This document shows, piece by piece, positions 60,777 through 64,000 of a stretch of 64,000 nt of DNA. Both the position numbers and the translations under genes were made by a program. Location: NCBI GenBank assembly GCA_934085595.1, contig CAKOHK010000001.1, forward strand, positions 145,705-209,704. The letters are read 5' to 3'. How positions within the stretch are numbered: position 1 is the first letter of the stretch; each line of letters begins with the position of its first letter. The notes beneath the pieces are model-generated. The model was given only the letters and a program-made list of their open reading frames with translations, had not been told where the DNA came from and ran no database searches. The stretch comes from an uncultured Bacilli bacterium. GTDB taxonomy: Bacteria > Bacillota_I > Bacilli_A > RF39 > UBA660.

Positions 60777-60977
60777 ATGGAAAAATTACATGTAGATAGT
60801 AATAAATGTATAGGATGTGGACTATGCGTAAGTATGAATGAAGAACACTTTGAGTTTAATGATGAAGGAGTAAGCACAGTTAAAATACCTGAAGTAACTC
60901 CAGAAGAAAAAAATGATTTACTTACAGTAGTTGAAAGTTGCCCTGTAGGCGCTATTACTATTGAAGAAGAAAACTAA
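60777..60977 (+). CDS. Small [4Fe-4S]/[3Fe-4S] ferredoxin
   Basis: 66 aa. CIGCGLC ... CP motif. RBS ggagg. Confidence 0.8.
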   Translation: MEKLHVDSNKCIGCGLCVSMNEEHFEFNDEGVSTVKIPEVTPEEKNDLLTVVESCPVGAITIEEEN

Positions 60978-61004
60978 ATAAAATAAAAGAACACTTAAGT
61001 TCTT

Positions 61005-61718
61005 TTATTTTGCACTATTATATAATTCTTTAACTTCTTTAGGATTTATTCTTCTATATTCACCCTTCTTTAAACCATCAAGAGTAAGAAAATCAAATCT
61101 CTCTCTTTTTAATTTAAGAACTTTATATCCAAAATAATTAAATAAGTTCTTTACTTCATGATTTCTTCCCTCAGTTAAAGTAATCATTAGATAAGATTTA
61201 TTATTTTTCTTATCTATTTTTTTAAGTTTAATTTTACACCTCTTTGTTTTAACTCCATCAATTACAACACCTTTTTCTAAAGTTTTAATCTCAGGTACTT
61301 TTATTATTCCATCTATCTTAACACTATATTCTTTTTCAATATCATTTTTAGGATGTGTTAAAAGATTAGTAAGTTCTCCATCATTAGTTAATATTAAAAG
61401 CCCACTAGTATCATAATCAAGTCTACCAACAGGAAATATTTTAGCTTCACTATTAATAAGTTCTATAACAGAAGTTCTTCCTTTTTCATCTTTAGTAGTA
61501 GTAACAACTTTCTCTGGTTTATATAAAAGAAAATACTCTTTATCCTCATAATTTATAACATTACCATTAACCATTACCAAATCTTTTGAAGATACTTTAG
61601 TTCCAAGTTCTCTTACAACTTCACCATTTACACTTACTTTTCCATTTTTAATTAACTCTTCACTCTTACGTCTTGAAGCAACCCCACATTTACTTAAATA
61701 TTTTTGTAATCTTTCCAT
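61005..61718 (-). CDS. Pseudouridine synthase, RsuA/RluB family, with an N-terminal S4 domain
   Basis: MERLQKYLSKCGVASRR is S4-like and GRLDYDTSGLLILTNDG is the catalytic motif. The ORF-track N-terminal extension to 61769 is probably not translated. Confidence 0.85.
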   Translation of the reverse strand: MERLQKYLSKCGVASRRKSEELIKNGKVSVNGEVVRELGTKVSSKDLVMVNGNVINYEDKEYFLLYKPEKVVTTTKDEKGRTSVIELINSEAKIFPVGRLDYDTSGLLILTNDGELTNLLTHPKNDIEKEYSVKIDGIIKVPEIKTLEKGVVIDGVKTKRCKIKLKKIDKKNNKSYLMITLTEGRNHEVKNLFNYFGYKVLKLKRERFDFLTLDGLKKGEYRRINPKEVKELYNSAK

Positions 61719-61776
61719 TTTAAACACCACCACAATTTTATCAAAAAAATAGAAATAATTAAATATCATTTCTAAT

Positions 61777-62424
61777 TTATTTTTTTAATTTAGGACATAC
61801 CCCATACATTCTTTTATCTTTATCTAGTGCTTCTTCTCTACTTATAAGTCCAAAATATGCCGGCTTACACTTATCTTTTTCACTTTCATCTTTTGCTGGA
61901 TACTTTCTATTACAACTTTCACACGTTAAATAATACTTATATTTAGGATTAGAATCAGTTAAAATAGTTCTAAAGTATTCACAATCACAGCATCTTACTT
62001 CATTAACTTTATATTTATTGCCTTTTCTAAGTATATCAGAACTACTAACTTCATCAAAATCAGGAACTTTAATAGAAGGTAAATCAAGTATCAAATCAGC
62101 AAGTCTATCAGAACCATTTTCAATTAAAGTTGAAGCACTTTTAACCATATTTGAAAGTTTGCCATATATTGATTCCAAAGTACCTTTTTCATCAGTAAGT
62201 TTTTTTAATCTAGATATAACTCTTCCCTTTTCATCAAGTGTAACATTAGGCATAAACTTAATATTTTTACATACAAAACCAATAATATACATCTTTTCTT
62301 CCATATTATTTCCAAATACTGTAAAAGTATCTAAAAAATCATATAAATTCATATCACCAGAATATGTAATACCTTTTTTAAGTATCATTGCATCTAAATA
62401 TACTCTTCTTTTATTATCTATCAT
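61777..62424 (-). CDS. Cys-rich hypothetical protein
   Basis: 215 aa. C-terminal CCDCEYF...CESCNRKY...CKP...CPK cysteine cluster. Confidence 0.4.
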   Translation of the reverse strand: MIDNKRRVYLDAMILKKGITYSGDMNLYDFLDTFTVFGNNMEEKMYIIGFVCKNIKFMPNVTLDEKGRVISRLKKLTDEKGTLESIYGKLSNMVKSASTLIENGSDRLADLILDLPSIKVPDFDEVSSSDILRKGNKYKVNEVRCCDCEYFRTILTDSNPKYKYYLTCESCNRKYPAKDESEKDKCKPAYFGLISREEALDKDKRMYGVCPKLKK

Positions 62425-62478
62425 AATAACCCCCTAAAGCATCTAGATTATATCACATATATGTTTGCATGTCAATTA

Positions 62479-64000
62479 TTACTTAATTATAAACGGACTA
62501 TTACTGCTTCCATTACCTGAAACATAAGATGTATTTGCATCAAGGTATACTGACGGACGTACATCAACATTTGAAAGAGTAACTTCATCAGAGCCTAAAT
62601 TACCACTACTACCAACATACATAACACGAATCATACCAGAAGTTGGTGATATATTCCAAAACCAATTACTAGATGAATACATCCAGTCAGTATTTATGCA
62701 AGTTTCATTTCTATAATCATAGCTTGAACCACTATAACTAAATCCATACATTGTATCATTATTATAGCATCCACTACTTGCATACATATAATCACTTGGA
62801 TACACAAGTCCTACTTTTCCATCCCACGTTTGATTATTTCCACTCCACACACTTGTACTTCTTTCTTGAGCATACAACGCTTTTGTATTTCCATAGCCAA
62901 CACTATTTGTCCAAATCGCATTACCTAAATACCACTTTGTACTACTTATTTGATTTTTAGCTTCATTTGTTAAACCATTACTTGCGTATGTAGCAGTTTT
63001 ATTATAATAATCTCCACTATTTAGTACTCCCATTAATGATGTAATTGCCCAGTTATTATAATTGGATCCTGTTTTTGATGTATTCCACGCTTGTGTACCT
63101 ATGGAATCTCTTATTAACTTCACTTTATACTCTTTTGCGTATCCACTACTACTAGGTGTTTCTACTTCAAACACACCAACAATTCTCCACACTCCAGTTT
63201 CACCATTAAATGTTATATAGTTATTTGGGCTTTTTCCTTGATATCTATATTCAGTTGTTGCATAATTTTGATTTCCTGTTGCTGATTGTGATATTTTAGT
63301 TAGTCCTAAAGTACCATAACTTAGCATCAAATAATCACTAAACTTATTATATTCTTCAAAATACAAACTACATTTAGTTTGTTTAAAAGTATTTATAGTC
63401 AAATCATTAGTTTTCGCATCATATTTCACAGTTGCATTATTTGTACAAGTATAATTAACAAGATTATATTTTTTATTACTATCAAGTTCATCCACTCTAG
63501 TATTATCTACATAAAAAGCAGTTGTCTCATAGTCATAATGTAAATAGTTTGTATCTATTTCTGTGTATGTATCAAGTACTTTCACTTCCTCTACATCATT
63601 AAATAAATATCCTCCAAAGACCATAAGTGATAATGTTTGTTTTCTGTTACTTTTATTTTTAATCGTAAGTGATATTGTTCTTTTAGTAAGTATTCCACCT
63701 AGTGATGGTTCTAAATAATCACCCGCATATCTGATTTCTAAGTTGGTGTTATTTAAATATGCTAATTTATAATTTGATGATATTGCATTTAAACTAGTTA
63801 TCTCTACTGTATGTTCCATTTCACCAGGTTCCATCTCTATTGAATACACATTATTTCCATCTATTTTTATAGAATATAAAAGCTCTGAAATATACATTTC
63901 ATTACTTCTATAACTTTCACTATTTATAGTAAACTTAGCATAACTTAGTGCTAGTACTGGACATAAACTTATCAACACTAAAACTATAAAAATGTTTTTC
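62479..64000 (-). CDS. Secreted TasA/camelysin-like protein with the shared C-terminal domain (family member P4). Its 5' end runs off the window
   Basis: ...KNIFIVLVLISLCPVLALSYAKFTINSESYRS... N-terminus is about 70% identical to P1. C-terminal domain carries LTKISQSATGNQNYATTEYRYQG, WRIVGVFEVETP, NQISSTKWYLGN and YPSDYMYASSGCY. The true start lies beyond 64000. Confidence 0.6.
   Translation of the reverse strand, partial: KNIFIVLVLISLCPVLALSYAKFTINSESYRSNEMYISELLYSIKIDGNNVYSIEMEPGEMEHTVEITSLNAISSNYKLAYLNNTNLEIRYAGDYLEPSLGGILTKRTISLTIKNKSNRKQTLSLMVFGGYLFNDVEEVKVLDTYTEIDTNYLHYDYETTAFYVDNTRVDELDSNKKYNLVNYTCTNNATVKYDAKTNDLTINTFKQTKCSLYFEEYNKFSDYLMLSYGTLGLTKISQSATGNQNYATTEYRYQGKSPNNYITFNGETGVWRIVGVFEVETPSSSGYAKEYKVKLIRDSIGTQAWNTSKTGSNYNNWAITSLMGVLNSGDYYNKTATYASNGLTNEAKNQISSTKWYLGNAIWTNSVGYGNTKALYAQERSTSVWSGNNQTWDGKVGLVYPSDYMYASSGCYNNDTMYGFSYSGSSYDYRNETCINTDWMYSSSNWFWNISPTSGMIRVMYVGSSGNLGSDEVTLSNVDVRPSVYLDANTSYVSGNGSSNSPFIIK

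Noticed and set aside
61719-61769. N-terminal extension MIFNYFYFFDKIVVVFK of the pseudouridine synthase
   Set aside because: The S4 domain begins at MERLQKYL. The extension is hydrophobic junk typical of AT-rich read-through.

Overview
Strongly AT-rich chromosomal segment from a Firmicutes (Clostridia-like) spore-former, almost entirely coding, with most genes on the minus strand. Recognisable backbone: the start of the dcw cluster (mraZ-rsmH-ftsL-PBP), pdp, iscS-iscU, a CDF/ArsR pair, tex, serS, spoVAC-spoVAD-spoVAE, a short SpoVID-like/YsxE-like pair, murB, rpsD, a short T-box-controlled alaS, a pepF-like gene, tRNA-Arg(TCT) and tRNA-Thr(CGT). Three things stand out. (i) A dispersed five-member family of secreted proteins (1..127, 20301..21818, 41630..43630, 45199..46680, 62479..64000) joins TasA/camelysin-like N-terminal modules (SipW-cognate signal peptides), or Listeria-Bacteroides repeats, to one shared, unrecognised ~260-aa C-terminal domain. 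Two members carry homopolymeric G/C tracts inside their promoters and are phase-variation candidates. (ii) A co-directional tandem array of seven acidic cytoplasmic paralogs (10232..16902) has no recognisable domain. One copy is interrupted at an A7 tract and one is internally deleted. The array is headed by an HTH-metallophosphoesterase fusion and a RecX-like gene. (iii) A small accessory, defence-like island beside tRNA-Thr (about 54.7-60.5 kb) holds an Abi_2-family gene and single-gene cassettes bracketed by two families of conserved intergenic repeats. No CRISPR array, rRNA, transposase or integrase was seen. All calls come from reading the sequence and translations by eye. No searches or folding were run.
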